The notes under the pieces: model-generated
What the model was told of the DNA's origin: nothing
The model's input: only the letters and a program-made list of their open reading frames with translations
The model's database searches: none
Position numbers and translations under genes: made by a program
Shown here: one piece after another, positions 63,253 through 64,000 of the stretch
Layout of the letters: each line of letters opens with the position of its first letter
Position numbering within the stretch: the stretch's first letter is position 1
From: Bacteroidales bacterium
GTDB lineage: Bacteria > Bacteroidota > Bacteroidia > Bacteroidales > P3
Length of the DNA stretch: 64,000 nt
Assembly (NCBI GenBank): GCA_031256055.1
Contig: JAIRRI010000199.1
Coordinates: 5,272 to 69,271 of the forward strand
Direction: 5' to 3'

Positions 63253-64000
63253 TTAGCAAACTTTTGCTATTACATCAAAAGCGTCGGCTTCTGTGATTTC
63301 TACATCATAAAATTTTCCGAGTTCAACAACCTCATCTTCATCTAAAATCAGCACTTCATTATCTACTTCGGGAGAATCCTGCATGGTGCGTCCTACAACG
63401 TATTCGCCCTCGAAACGATCGGTTAAAACATGGAGTTTTTTGCCGATTTTGTTTTGATTTTTTTGAAGTGAAATTTCTTGTTGGATTTCCATGAGTTCAT
63501 CCATTCGCTCTTGTTTTAACTCTTCCGAGATATCGTCTTCCAACTCAAATGCTGATGTTCCTTCTTCCGCAGAGTATTTGAAAACGCCCAAGCGATCGAA
63601 TTTTACATCGTTCACAAAGGTTTTCAATTCTTCAAATTCTTCTTCGGTTTCACCAGGATAGCCTACGATTAGCGTAGTTCGCAAGGCTGCATTCGGCAAT
63701 TTTTCGCGAATGGTTTGGATTAAATTGTAGGTTTCTTCTTTCGTTGAAGCCCGTTTCATGGATTGCAAAATTCGTGTGGAAATATGTTGAAACGGAATGT
63801 CGATATATTTGCAAACTTTCGGATTTTCAACCATTACGTCCAATAAATCTATCGGGAATTGATGTGGATACAAATAATTCAACCGCACCCATTCGATACC
63901 ATCCACTTCGGAAATTTTTTGCGTGAGTTCAGCGATTTTTTTCGAACCGTACAAATCCACACCGTAATACGTAACATCTTGCGAAATCAAAATGATTTCC
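63253..64000 (-). CDS. rimO: ribosomal protein S12 methylthiotransferase RimO, C-terminal part (5' end beyond the window)
   Basis: It has the radical-SAM distal region (YIDIPFQHISTRILQSMKR) and a C-terminal TRAM domain. The frame stays open to the window edge. Confidence 0.88.
   Translation of the reverse strand, partial: EIILISQDVTYYGVDLYGSKKIAELTQKISEVDGIEWVRLNYLYPHQFPIDLLDVMVENPKVCKYIDIPFQHISTRILQSMKRASTKEETYNLIQTIREKLPNAALRTTLIVGYPGETEEEFEELKTFVNDVKFDRLGVFKYSAEEGTSAFELEDDISEELKQERMDELMEIQQEISLQKNQNKIGKKLHVLTDRFEGEYVVGRTMQDSPEVDNEVLILDEDEVVELGKFYDVEITEADAFDVIAKVC

Overview
This is a 64-kb chromosomal window from a low-GC, apparently anaerobic member of the Bacteroidota. Supporting evidence: TAnnTTTG -7 promoter boxes in front of most genes, T9SS type A and type B C-terminal sorting domains, PorP/SprF, a DUF4270-like gene, desulfoferrodoxin and DcuC. 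I count about 47 protein genes and 3 tRNAs (Leu-TAA, Leu-GAG, Ala-GGC). I see no rRNA, CRISPR, transposase or integrase.

- **1-24.5 kb, housekeeping:** a 5'-complete, 3'-truncated alpha-2-macroglobulin gene that the ORF track misses, then nadC, ompH, recQ, a kpsF-like gene, rimP-nusA-infB, desulfoferrodoxin, tilS, panC, FKBP, parE, glmS, a DUF4270-like gene and a short glycogen-synthase-like gene.
- **24.7-33.8 kb:** a 2697-aa T9SS type-B cargo protein with its cognate PorP/SprF.
- **33.8-42.8 kb:** a putative sensory [FeFe]-hydrogenase-like regulatory operon (DRTGG, HATPase, HydA-like, DRTGG, PHP). It is split by three secreted-protein genes and peppered with palindromic repeats.
- **47.4-57.4 kb, the most interesting part:** an AT-rich island. 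A cI/LexA-type S24 repressor faces an endolysin plus spanin-like lysis cassette. That cassette is followed by two HExxH toxin-like proteins sharing a private N-terminal leader, each with a signal-peptide immunity-like partner. The island also holds a u-spanin-like lipoprotein and a 1172-aa protein I cannot assign to any family. There are no virion genes, and there are clear scars of cassette duplication and displacement.
- **59.9-62.6 kb, small toxin-antitoxin/NERD cluster:** a zeta toxin with an unlisted 55-aa upstream ORF, a NERD plus zinc-ribbon protein, and a Gp49/XRE pair.

Several GC-rich palindromic repeat families are dispersed in intergenic gaps, and one copy sits in frame inside tilS. 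All calls come from reading the sequence and translations by eye. No database search was run.
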